Source: Octopus vulgaris (taxonomy: Eukaryota). From it: 64,000 nucleotides of DNA. Below are positions 36,939 through 48,915 of the stretch, piece after piece. A program made the position numbers and the translations under genes. The stretch spans positions 558,001-622,000 of the forward strand of contig CATOCA020000003.1 in the NCBI GenBank assembly GCA_951406725.2, in the 5' to 3' direction. Within the stretch, counting starts at the first letter, position 1, and each line of letters opens with the position of its first letter. The notes under the pieces were generated by a model. The model was not told the DNA's origin. It did not search any database and worked only from the letters and a program-made list of their open reading frames with translations.

Positions 36939-38139
36939 CTACAGAATAAGAAATTAAAAACTGAAGTCAATAATTTGCATGAGTAGAGAAAGTCAGCTAC
37001 AAAGTATATTACTAATTCATTAAATTATGTATTCCAATCACTGCAATCATCTCTTCAGCACACTTCAGTTGACGCTTTTGATATCTAGGCAGCTTGAATC
37101 ATTCAGATTTAATTATTTTATTTTACACCAGACTTCAAAGCAAGAGAGTCTGTCAAAAACCTTCTGCAAATCAATAAATGCAATGTAGTGTGATCTTTTT
37201 CTAAGATAAGAACTTCTCCTGCAGTTTTCCCACAAGAAAAACAGCATTAGTAATTTTGTGACCAGGCCAAAGAATTAACTTCATACGGAACTAATTTTGC
37301 TGAAAAACTTTCAGCTTCCTTCAAAACATGTTAATTTAGAATAAAGTTTATGTCCAGTATATCTGCTTTACCTATATAACATGATACTGTTATATCATTC
37401 ACTGAGGAGAGCATCTATCAGCATTATTGAATTGTGAGCATAAGGCAACTCTTCTCAATAAACTAGTTAATTTTTCTTCCTGCATATTCCTTGTAATCAC
37501 ATAAGCCTGAGAAATAGAATAAGCTGTCTGCTATTTTTAATCCCTAAGAATATTAAGACATTTGCAAATAAGCACATCTTATGGTTAATTAACTATTTTT
37601 CAATGCTTCAACTTCACTAAAGTTTCAATTTTCAGAAATAAATATGGAATATATGCCAATTAAAATGTTGAAAAATATTTTTTGTTCACTTGACATCATA
37701 TACCAGTCATTAACAGATGGATTCCTTTCTGTGTTGGTCACAGCTGAGTCCTATGTTCTTGCCGCTAAGACTGCCTTTTTCCACTACCAAATCCAACAGA
37801 CACACAAAAAAAAAAATATATCTATATTTTATCTACAATCAGTTGTCGCAAGTATCACTGTTCATGGCTTTGGCATGACTTGATAAGCTTTTTCCATAGT
37901 GGTTAGTTTTTCACTTGGGTTTGCCATTTACTATGATCAATTCCTTTCCACATTTTTGCAGTATTTTAAAATCTCAGTCTAGGCCTTGCTTAGTTTCTCT
38001 TCCCCTTGCATAGTTGGGAGTAAATGATTTACTAGCTGGCCTATTCCTTCTTAATCCCTCTGGAGAGCTCTACAGAGATGGGGAACTCCTTACTGTGACT
38101 GGATTATCTTGACCTTCTGTTGAACAAACCAAGAGAGCC

Positions 38140-38830
38140 CTATGTAAACTTTTTGAAAACTATAACCTGAGTATATCTCATTCAAAAATGACACTAAAGT
38201 GACCAATTTCTTAGACATTACTCTGGACTTAAATACAAATCTATATCACTCTTTCCACAAACCCAATTAATTTTTACAATATATCAACATTCTGTCAAAT
38301 CACCCTAAACTTACCCTTAATAGTATAATCACAGGCATTTCTATCAGAATCTCCAATTTATCTACTAATGAAGAAATTTTTAACAGTTATGCCCCGTATT
38401 ATAATTAGGCTCTCCAGATAAGTGGCTTCCATGAAAAGATCTTTTATATCCCCAATACCAAGCTTAAAACAAAAATTGCACATTTCTTTCCTAATATTAA
38501 TCCTTCTCAAAAGAAACCTCCTACACATCGCACTCAGCAGCCCCATTGGCCACCTCTAACCTATAATAACTATGAGCCTCCCTATCAAGATCCACCCACT
38601 ATAACCACAAGCCCTAAACATTCTAAGGGCTGGAAGTGGGAGATCCTATGGTTCAAACCACCTTTAAATCTCTATCCAAACTTTTCTTTAAAATCCTAAA
38701 CTCGAACTTCCCACCACAGCATAAATACTATCCCATCTTTAATAAATCACTGTAAAAATCTCCTACTCTACTACACCTAAGTTAGGATCCGTAATTGCCT
38801 CCTCAAACAAATGCAAACTACACTGCAACG
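38140..38830 (+). pseudogene. Penelope-like element RT thumb / linker remnant
   Basis: VTNFLDITLDLNT...HKPN*FLQYINILSNHP...ISIRISNLSTNEEIF...YYN*ALQISGF, then ILWFKPP and VKISYSTTP. Confidence 0.8.
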
Positions 38831-38975
38831 CCAGTTTTTGCAACAGGAAATTTATCACACTGCAGCTCACATTAACCCACCTAGTGGCAATGATACAACC
38901 TTCAGCAACCCCCTTGACTAAATAATAACATACTCAAGGCATCTTCCCACAACACGGCTCATGTGACCACATATA

Positions 38976-39858
38976 CTGGGTCATCCCATGAATAATGCAA
39001 TTTTTTCAATTGCATGAACTAAAAGTCAGAGGGGGATGGAATAAACTACCTGCATCATCTAACTGTAAAAGCAAGTAGTAATTTTACCTTGTCCTTATTC
39101 TTAGTGCAAGTTTTGAAGAGTGCAGTTCAATTTTAACAGTTATTTTTTCAAAACTATTATGGAAGTGACAAAGGAGCTTATTCGGCATATTTTGCTTTAT
39201 GAGGTCAATAAAGGCAACAACATAATGGAAACTGTAAGGAATATCAATGCAGCATATGGGGAGTGTAAGCCAATGTCAATGGTGGTTCCAGAAATTTCAA
39301 GCTGGACACTACAGCCTAGAAGTTAAGCCTTGTCCTGGAAGATCTGTAGAGCTTGATGAGGATGCCTTGCAAACCTTGGTGGAATCAAATCTCACTGTAA
39401 CTGATGAGGAACTAGCAGAGAAGCTTGGATTTGGTCATTCAACCATTTATCGACCCCTGTGTGTCATAGGAAAAGTTAGCAAATTGAGTCAATGGGTTCC
39501 TCACAAACTTTCCAAGTTTAATTGCATGCTGAGAGTGAATGTGTGCTCTTCTTTGCTGTTATGTCTCATAAATGAACCCTTTTTGAACAGAATAATGACT
39601 AGCAATGAGAATGGGTTCTCTATAAAAATGTCAAGTGCTAAAGACAGTGGGTAGAGAAAGGAGAAACACCAGCACCCCAGGCTAAAGGTCTCCACCCACA
39701 TAAGGTGCTGTTATGTGTTTGGGGGGATATGAAAGGTTTAGTCCAATTGAACTTTTAAACCCAAACCAAACAAGCTTGAGTGGCTTAAGTCAGTGCTAGA
39801 AAAAAAATACGACCAAAGGGTTTCAACACAAAAGATAATGCTTGGCCATATACAGTAT
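38976..39858 (+). mobile_element. mariner, 3'-truncated and decayed
   Basis: TA + CTGGGTCATCCCATGAATAATGC TIR-like start; MEVTKELIRHILLYE, PGRSVELDED, WVPHKL and HPHKVLLCVWG. Confidence 0.88.
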
Positions 39859-39922
39859 GTATAAATTATGTTTAAGAGAATTGCTAACCATCCATCACAA
39901 CCTCTCCATTTTGTAAATTTAA

Positions 39923-42571
39923 CCCTTTCGTTACTATATTTCTAACCAAAATATGTGTTTCAATTAATTTCTAACATAATCATAAATTTAGTCTGGTTTC
40001 ATTAAACAACTCTAACTTTTTTTTATTTATCAACATATTAATGTGATTTTTGGAAGATAGTATAACGAAAGGTTCTCAACCAATTCTATACCATAATTTT
40101 TGTCACAAAGTGACTCTAATTACAGGTAAATACAGATAAATTCAACAAAATATAAAATTATTAAAATCTTTGTTCAAACATCGTGAAAGAAAATGGGTTA
40201 TTAGCTAATATTCAATCGGGTATACAACAAAATTTTACTATAGAAGAGCTATGCACATTACTGGATTCATTAGGTGAATTTAAACATACAAAAGACAGGT
40301 GTACCATAAAGATATAAGTAAAACGAAAGACTGGAATTTGTCTGTGAAGAAAACTAGAAAACAAAATACACACACACCATCAACTAGATTAAATAAGCTC
40401 TCCCACATACATAGATACACAGATACAATAATGTATAGATACATACATAGATACAATGATGATTTACAAAAGAAATTAATCAAAATTCGTCACTCACCTT
40501 ACAGGTAAATTAAAATAACGAGTAAATTAAAATAACGAGTAAATTAAAATTACACATAAAGAAAAATAAAAACGAAGTAAATTTGAAAATATTTATAAAA
40601 TCAAATCACACATATATACAAATCAAACAATATTCCTATCATGAAAACTTGTAAAGCACCCTGCTCTACATAATGCAACCTTGCAGAATGCACATTGGAA
40701 AGTTGTTTCAACAGCCCTTCTACTAGGAGCTTTCCTTTTTTGATGAAGGCAGTCACGACACTGCTTTTTGCGACCCTTGATTTTTTTCTAATTTATGAAG
40801 ATCGGCTGAATTCAGAGGGATATCCCTCTGGCAGGCTTTGCTTTTTCTCCCTACAGTTTTTTTTTTTTTTTGAGGAATAACCAGCTCTTAGTTGTGTTGC
40901 TATATCTGCTTGGAACTGCAGATGGTTGCATCGCTTTCAAGCCGGCCCCGATTTGGTATATAGTATAAACGCATTAGTAATACTCATGTTTACTATATAC
41001 CAAACCAGGTATCGCCAACATTTATTCCCCAGTCTGCCAACTGGATAGTAAGACATCATCTGATTCAGCCGATCTACACCCATGTACCTGTTATAGTCGA
41101 GGTTCACAAATGGCATGCCATTTTCATCCACATGTGGCCGTGCACAGGTAGACAGAAAATTGATCTGCCTCTTATTTCTGTATGCGATCACTAGCAAATT
41201 TCCTTTCTGCCGTTGAATTATTTCACCATTCTTTTTTAAATTTTGCTTTTTTTATATCCAACGGCAGTCCTTTTCTACTAGCAATCACTGTAGCACATGT
41301 ATGTGTTGCCACAGTATCTAAATTCTCCGCAAGTTTGACCAAACTGAAAAATCAGTCAAAAAATAATAGGTGGCCCTGGTTATGGTATGGAAGTGATAAA
41401 TTCCAGACCACATCATACCCTAGGCCATGCTGACTTGCATAATTGTCTCTTTTTCCAGTACAAAATTCAAATCCCGAGCAGTGCCCAGTATTTGATTCAC
41501 AAATCTTCCAAACTTTGATCCCCCATTTTGTGGGCTTTCCTGGCATACATTGTTGAAAAAGCACTCGGCCTTTATAGCCCACCATACCCTCATCAATACA
41601 TAAATATCTCCCTGGTTTATATACTGTTTATATGTGTTTTGAACACAGTCAATGAGGAGTCTTATTTTAAATAAGGGATCAAAATCTGGTCCTCCATGTA
41701 CTGGTGTACTGCTCGTGTCTCTTACATGTAAATACTGAGTCAATTTCAAAAATTGTGTCCTCGTCATTATACTTGAGATATATTCGTCTCCAAAGGGCTC
41801 ATCGCTACTCCAGTAATTTGTTATTCTGGGTAACTTTCTAATGCCCATAATAATATTTATGGCAAAATATGCCTTAATTTCATTTAAGCTTGTGGGAAAC
41901 CACAAACTATCCTTTTTTACATTTTGTTTACTTTCAGCGTAATGGTTTGTTTCCGCCATAATTATTTCAAATAAGCTCATAGGAGAAAGTAAAAAGAAAT
42001 AGTCTAACACTTTACTCTCTTGGGAAAGACTGTGACTTGGTCCAGTTTCTTCAGAAAAATCACTGAAAGAAACAGTTTTTTTAATTTTTACTCCATTCAG
42101 GTGCCAATTCATTTTCTTTATCGCTATTGGAGCTCACGGATTCACTGCTTTCACTTTCAGAAAATGAAACATCAGATTCATTATCAAATACCACGTGCTT
42201 TTTTTTTTTAGTTATAGAGTTAGATTTATCAAGATCTTCAGTGGAAAATTCTTCGAATTCTGACTCGCTGCTTGACAGAATGAAATTCGTATCCATTTTT
42301 CTGTCAGAATTTAAAATTTTGAAAACACAACAGGAACAAATTTGGTAAAAAAATCTCCCAAAATTCACAGAATTAAAATTACATGTCGATCGTTGTAAAA
42401 AACTGTAGCTGAACTGTTTACGAAGTATAATCATGTGTTTTCACAAATGTACTAATGAGATTTGCTCTGATATTCTCATTTAAATAGGTGATTATAGGCA
42501 GTTTTGGGTGGCTTGGTCACATGAGCCAAAATTTTTTTCGGGTGGCTTTGGGTGGTGTGGTAACAAAAGGG
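39923..42571 (-). mobile_element. Full-length piggyBac element
   Basis: TIRs CCCTTTCGTTAC / GTAACAAAAGGG with TTAA on both sides (39919-39922, 42572-42575). Confidence 0.95.
40623..42296 (-). pseudogene. piggyBac transposase pseudogene (PGBD4-like)
   Basis: Acidic N-terminus, DPLFKIR, MPGKPTKWGIKVWKIC, YNRYMGVD and C-terminal CAFCKVALCRAGCF..FH Cys-rich domain; several frameshifts. Confidence 0.92.
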
Positions 42572-43259
42572 TTAACTTCAGATCTGATTTCTGGTGAGGT
42601 GAAAGTAGGTGTTCTTGACTCTTACTCAGTTCCAGGTGTCGATTTGTTGATCAGAAATGATCTTATGGGGTCCAAGGTTGGTGCTCATCCTATTGTCACA
42701 GTTTCTCTAGAGAGTTCAGTTGGTACAGAAAAATTAGAGGAAGATTTTCCCGGTATTTTCCCCATTGTTCTCAGAGATATGTCTCTCTTTCTTGCTATTC
42801 TGCAATAATTGTAAATACTAAAATCCCACAAGGATAAGTTAGTTGGTGAAAGTGACAACCGCTAAGTTAGTTCGTTAAATGAAGACAAGAGACGACTATG
42901 ATACAATTTTCATTAGCTCACATTTCAATGGTAAATGTCATTTTATCTTTCTCTGCGGCTCCTGAAATAACAAGCACAATGATAGCATCATTCTGTCTTC
43001 CTACTCTACTCACTGTCATTGTATCTTTTCTCCCTTCACTGTGATGGGAGACCAAAACAGTAAACAATAACAACACATAAAGATGAAAAGGCTGACCACC
43101 ATTTTGTTTTCAATGGTATATTGAGAATTTGGAACATTGCTCAAGCTATTCTTATTCTAGCATCAACACTCTTAGAACATCCAGTCCCACTACTGACTTG
43201 GTCACCTTTATATATATCATCGTTGTTAATATACATGTATGTATATATGTATATATATA

Positions 43260-43727
43260 AGATATAATGGTGTCATTGAGACCCAAAGGTATCAGGTAAT
43301 GCTGAATAGGTGCTATAGACAGACCATAGTTAAGTTCCAGATTCAGTACTATTGCGAATAAAGGGGTCAACATTGGTTCTATGTCAGCGTGTGTATATAT
43401 AAATTTTTGTGTAATGAGATAAAAAAAACCAAGGCTATATAGAGCATTTACAGATAGGTCTTACAGCTGTTTCTAGAATATTAATTAATAATAACATACC
43501 TTCATCGAAGACAGTGTGAGAGGAAAAGTTAAGTCATAGTTACATCAAAACTAACTACATAAGTCACATCGAAACTAACTATGACTTAACTTTTCCTCAC
43601 ACAGTCTCCGATAAAGGGATATTATTATTAATTAATATTCTAGAAACAGCTGAAAGACCTTCTATCTATAAATGCTCTAATATCTATACAGCCTTGGTTT
43701 TTTTTATCTCATTACACAAAAAATTCA
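43260..43727. mobile_element. Penelope-type non-coding element as inverted duplication with two degenerate hammerhead cores
   Basis: Arms ~43401-43541 and ~43575-43725. Cores are GTCT-(C/T)CGAT(G/A)A...GAAAC-AGCT-G(T/A)A-AGAC at 43458-43512 (-) and 43604-43658 (+). Confidence 0.72.
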
Positions 43728-43735
43728 TATATATA

Positions 43736-46262
43736 TCATCATCATCATCGTCGTTTAACGTCCGTTTTCCACGCTAGCACGGGTTGACCGAGGTCTGGGA
43801 AGCCAGGGGCTGCACCAGGCTCCAGTCTGATCTGGCAGTGTTTCTACAGCTGGATGCCCTTCCTAATGCCAACCACTCCGCGAGTGTGGTGGGTGCTTTT
43901 TAAGTGCCACCTGCACAGGTGCCAGACGGGTCTGGCATCGTCCACGATCGGTTGGTGCTTTTTATGTGCCACCGGCACAGGAGCCAGTCGAAGCGGGGCT
44001 GGCATCGGCCACGTTCGGATGGTGCTTTTTATGTTCCACCGGCACAGAAGCCATTCGAGGCGGGGTTGGCATCGGTCATGTTCGGATGGTGCTTTTTATG
44101 TGCCACCGGTACAGAAGCCAGTCGAGGCGGAACTGGCAACGGCCATGTTCGGATAGTGCTTTTTATGTGCCACCTGCACAGGTGCCAGAGGGGTCTGGCA
44201 TCGGCCACGATCGGTTGGTACTTTTTATGTGCCACCGGCACAGAAGCCATTCGAGGCGGGGTTGGCATCGGTCACGTTCGGATGGTGCTTTTTATGTGCC
44301 ACTGGCACAGAAGCCTGTCGAGGTGGCACTGGCAACGGCCACGTTCGGATGGTGCTTTTTATGTGCCACCGGCACAGGTATCACTACTACTATTTCCATT
44401 GATATTTGTTTCGATGTTCATGTACATGCACTTGACTCAACAGGTCTCCTCAAGCACAGCGAGATGTTCCGGGATCCAAGATACTTTGAATGGGCAGGGG
44501 CTATGCGGAACTGGTGCCGGAAGCATCCCGGGTCTTAGTAGTCACAGCACATCTCCAGAGATCTCGGTCCTTCGCCATTGCCTCAGTGAGGCCCAACGCT
44601 CTGAGGTTATGCTTGACTACCTCATCCCATGTCTTCCTGGGTCTACCTCTCCCCCCGATTCCTTCAACTGTTCGGGAGTGGCACTTCTTCACACATCTCT
44701 CCTCATCCATCCGCAGTACATGACCATACCATCGCAAGCGTCGCTCTTGCACACCACATCTGATGCTTCTTATGCCTAGCATTTCTCTCAGGGTGCTTAC
44801 ACTCTGTCGTGCATTCACACTGACATTACACATCCAGCGGATCATGCTAGCTTCATTTCTTTCAAGTCTACGCATGTCCTCTGCAGTCACGGCCCATGTT
44901 TCACTGTCGTGAAGCATGGCAGTTCGCACACATGCATCATACAATCTACCTTTCACTCTGAGTGAGAGACCCTTTGTTGCCAGTAGGGGTAGGAGCTTTG
45001 TAAACTTTGCCCAGGCTATTCGTATTCTAGTGATGACACTCTCTGAGCATCCACCCCCACTACTAACTTGGTCACCCAGGTAGCGGAAACTATCAACTAC
45101 TTCTAGTTTCTTCCCCTGGAGTGTGATGGAATCTGTTTTCTGAGTATTTGTGGTGTCTATTGTCCCTGTGCATCTGCCGCACATGAAAGCTATCTTATCA
45201 GTTAATTTCCCTTTGATGTTGCTGCACCTCTTATGCGTCCATAGCTTACACTGGGTGCATCTTATGGAGTTTCTACCTACACCTTTCCTACAGCTCGAGC
45301 AGGGCCACCTGTCCGATGGGGTGTGTGCTGAGTTCGCCTTTCTGCTTACTATAACTTTGGTCTTCGCTACATTTACTCTAAGGCCCTTTGATTCTAACCC
45401 TTGTTTCCACACATGAAATTTCTTTTTTAGTTCCGGTAGTGATTCTGCTATGAGGGCCAGGTCATCAGCATAGAGGAGCTCCCAGGGGCAACCTGTTTTG
45501 AATTCCTCTGTTATTTCCTGGAGGACTATGATGAATAAAAGGGGACTGAGGGCTGAGCCTTGGTGTACACCTACTTCTACCTGGAATTCTTCACTATATT
45601 CGTTGCCAATCCTAACCTTGCTGACAGCCTCTCTGTATAGAGCCTGTACAGCCCTTATTAGCCATTCGTCAATCTCCAGTTTCCGCATCGACCACCAGAT
45701 AAGGGACTGGGGAACCCTGTCAAAGGCTTTCTCCAAGTCCACAAAAGCTATGTAGAGGGGTTTATCTTTAGCTAGGTACTTCTCCTGCAGTTGTCGGACC
45801 AGGAATATAGCATCAGTAGTGCTTCTACCCAGCACAAAACCGAACTGCATCTCATCTAAGCAAATTCTCTCCCTAATGAGATGGGTTATGACCCTCTCTG
45901 TGACCTTCATCACCTGATCCAACAGTTTAATACCCCTGTAGTTATTTCTATCTAGAGCATCACCCTTACCCTTGTAGCAGTTGACTATGGTGCTGCTACG
46001 CCAGTCATTGGGTATGATTCCATTATGAACTACCTGGTTAACAATACGGGTGACTAGGCCATAGCCCACATAACCAGCTGTTTTAAGCATCTCAGCAGTG
46101 ATACCTGATGGGCCGGGGGCTTTACCTGGTTTCATACCCTTAATTGCCTTAACTACAAGGGAACTGTCTATTTGGATAGCTGGTCCCTCTACTGGGTCAA
46201 TATTTGGCAGGCTCTCCTCCTCCCATTCATTCTCCACATTCAGCAGTCTTTCATAAGGCTTA
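43736..46262 (-). mobile_element. Young 5'-truncated RTE LINE with uninterrupted RT ORF and 8-module 3' UTR array
   Basis: The 44501-46262 frame is open for ~587 codons (KAPGPSG, NYRGIKLL, DLEKAFDRV, GVHQGS, YADDL, Cys finger). It is followed by the array and a (GAT)n tail. The APE domain is missing and the ATG in the ORF track comes from flanking TA. Confidence 0.96.
43892..44376 (-). repeat. Tandem array of 8 structured modules (62-67-bp period) in the RTE 3' UTR
   Basis: Core GGTGCTTTTTATGTGCCACCGGCAC starts at ~43892, 43954, 44021, 44088, 44155, 44217, 44284 and 44351. Confidence 0.95.
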
Positions 46263-46368
46263 TACATATATATACATATCTTCCTCTGCTGCTACCCCAT
46301 TCTCATTCCTTGAATTTCTTCCTTGTCTCTTCTTGGCTTCATCTATAACCAGGATGATTCTGCTCTAA

Positions 46369-46414
<46 letters not shown>

Positions 46415-46512
46415 GAGAGAGAGAGAGATAGATAGATATAGATATATATATACATCGATAGATAGATACACACATATACATAGATACATATATATATGTA
46501 AATATATATATG

Positions 46513-46576
<64 letters not shown>

Positions 46577-46577
<1 letters not shown>

Positions 46578-47721
46578 CTCTATTTATAAAACTGAAATGC
46601 GAAAAGTTTGTTTGTTTGACTCGACCGCTTGGCCCGCTTTCAACGCCACTACATCCCGTTGGATTGACTCCAAAATTTACAGGGACATGTAAAATGAGGT
46701 GACGATGCCCGTGGGCTACATTAGAAATCCCTATCTTAAAAGGTGTCGTTGCTAGGGCCAAAAACCCACTTTGACAAGTCCACTCTCAGTCTTTTATGTA
46801 TCTGTCTTCCTCACTCACTCACTTTCTATATATAACGTCGATTCGTCAAACGGCGTTCTACAGCGCTTTCACACTCTCTCTCTCTACACATCTGTCTGCA
46901 TTCATACAGACAATTATCATCGCCACCACCACCAGACAGGTTTGGGTGGCCGCACAGCTACAGTTAGACAATGGTTAATAACATTCGATGTTGATAATGC
47001 CTGGATTGTTCCATTCAACCCTTTGCTTTCCAAAACATTTAATGCACACATTAATGTTGAGTACTGCAGCTCGGTGAGATGCATACAATACCTCTGCAAG
47101 TACATTAATAAGGGCGATGATATGGCCGTGTTTGTGTTCAGTGATGAAGACCTTAGACATGACGAAGTTAAACAATTCGTTTTGGGTAGGTATGTATCCT
47201 CCAATTATGCAGCGTGGCGCATTTTTCGATATGAGATTCATCTAAGCTCACCATCAGTTTTCCATCTGAATGTTCATTTACAGAAGAGACAGCTGGTTTA
47301 CTTCACAGAGAAAAATGCACGTCAAGTCATTGATAATCCAAAAGGGACTACGCTTACAGCGTTTTTTAAATTGTGTTCAGTTGATGAGTTTTCTGCTACT
47401 CTCATTTACCCTGAAGTACCGGAATATTACACATACAACATCAATAATTGGAAGCGCAGGTCACATGGAACAGAACTTGACAATTGGCCCGGTGTTTCTA
47501 GGAAGAACGTCATTGGGCATGTGTATAATATTCATCCTACCAAACAGGAAATCTTCTTTTTGAGAATGCTGCTTCATGTAGTTACAGGACCGAAGTCTTT
47601 TGCTGATCTTCGCACGGTTGATGGTATCATCTGCGCCACTTACAGGGAAGCATCTTTGATGCGTGGACTGCTTCTGAATGACGACCACTTACACAGGACA
47701 TTAGCAGAGGCCTCAAAGTGA
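46577..47721 (+). mobile_element. Helitron fragment: 5' end plus Rep/inter-domain coding remnant
   Basis: TCTCTATTTATAAAA...(GTTT)n 5' end; DNAWIVPFNPLLSKTFNAHINVEYC...YLCKYINKGDD, RYVSS..AAWRI, FFLRMLLHVVTGPKSFADLRTVDG. Confidence 0.9.
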
Positions 47722-47806
47722 AATTAATTTATATATGTGTGTGTGGTGTATCTATATATCAATATGTATATATAATGTATATATACAAAGTGTATATATC
47801 TGTATT

Positions 47807-47859
<53 letters not shown>

Positions 47860-47861
<2 letters not shown>

Positions 47862-48202
47862 TACGTTCTACTTGCCTAGAACCTGTCATCATTTCTCTGA
47901 ACCACACCTCCCCACTGGTGCTCCCCTATATATTTCTGCCCCCCCCCCACATAAAAGCACCATCCGAACGTGGCCGATGCCAGACCCCTCTAGCACCTGT
48001 GCAGGTGGCACGTAAAAAACACCCACTACACTCGCGGAGTGGTTGGCGTTAGGAAGGGCATCCAGCTGTAGAAACACTGCCAGACTAGACTGGAGCCTGG
48101 GGCAGTCCAAAGCTCCCCAGACCCCGGTCGAAACCGTCCAACCCGTGCTAGCACGGAAAACGGACGTTAAACGATGATGATGATGATGATGATGATGATG
48201 AT
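47860..48202 (+). mobile_element. RTE LINE 3' UTR fragment
   Basis: Two module cores, the GGAAGGGCATCCAGCTG motif, CCGTGCTAGCACGG hairpin and (GAT)n tail. Confidence 0.88.
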
Positions 48203-48431
48203 ATATACATTTATATATACAAAATTAGAGAATGGAGAAACATACTTAAATCAATAAAACATCAATTATCCGATGATACTCAATCCATACTTTAATACAC
48301 CATTACATAGGAGTAAAGGCAATATATAAAATGAAATGAGATATACAGTAATAGTAAAAGTAAAAGTAAAAGTAAAAAGATAAAGAGATATAAGTAAAAA
48401 ATTACAAATACAATATGCAAATAAATCAAAA

Positions 48432-48539
48432 CTGACAGCTGTTTCGGCAGTGAGGACAGTCATACCTCATTTAACCTATAAGCCATAAAGGCAGGTATAA
48501 ATGAGGCATTAACAAAGATGCCCCACGGCCTCTTCAGAG
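48432..48539 (-). ncRNA. Type-I hammerhead ribozyme with very long stem II
   Basis: Minus strand CT-CTGAAGA-GGC...(~80-nt hairpin including TGCCTCATTTA/TAAATGAGGTA)...GCC-GAAA-CAGCTG-TC-AG, with palindromic stem III and GUC triplet. Stem I is weak. Confidence 0.65.
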
Positions 48540-48881
48540 AATTAAATTAAATTTGTTATAATAGTGAAAAATATTATATAATCATATACATATAAATATA
48601 AAAATATAAAAAAGTAAAATATAAAAACTTATACATCATAATGCTACACTTGTATAATATAATACATATTTGTACAAAAAGGAAGGTAACCAGAACAAAA
48701 TAAAACAAAATATATAACAGTGTATATATAATATTAATAAGTACCGATATCATACATATTTAGCTAATAGTTTTTTTTATAAAAAAAGGGGCTAACACAT
48801 ATGGAGATGAAAAATAATAATAATTAAATCCGTGGTACAGTTCATAAAATTCTAAAGCTATAAAAGTTAATAAAAATTACT

Positions 48882-48915
<34 letters not shown>

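Larger units (their letters stand above)
39901..42790 (+). pseudogene. Gypsy pol (protease-adjacent) remnant split by the piggyBac insertion
   Basis: Joining the flanks at the TTAA restores PLHFVNL|TSDLISGEVKVGVLDSYSVPGVDLLIRNDLMGSKV...PIV...FPGIFP. Only 39901-39922 and 42572-42790 belong to it. Confidence 0.65.

Noticed and set aside
42922-42961. Possible 40-bp minus-strand exon (TTTCAG|...|GTGAGC)
   Set aside because: The only open frame (AAEKDKMTFTIE) does not resemble the expected upstream EDEM3 exon, and it ends in phase 2 whereas exon 36838-36938 starts in phase 0; likely chance splice-like motifs.
43892-44376. CRISPR-like appearance (conserved ~28-bp repeat with variable intervening sequence), also at 4.3, 9.5 and 24.3 kb
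   Set aside because: The 'spacers' are homologous to one another (shared GCCAG..CTGGC stem and linker). The arrays sit in LINE 3' UTRs in a eukaryotic intron, and no cas genes are present.
43854-44779. Overlapping repetitive ORFs (MCHRHR.../FYVPPA.../WCFLCATGTG) here and at 4.2, 9.4 and 24.2 kb
   Set aside because: Antisense read-through of the GC-rich RTE UTR modules, open in several frames by composition; unit lengths of 62 and 67 are not multiples of three.
46771-47721. 316-aa ORF as a host or captured gene
   Set aside because: The C-terminal ~245 aa are Helitron Rep/helicase-linker sequence. The N-terminus is non-coding Helitron 5' sequence joined by a deletion, so it is annotated as a Helitron fragment.
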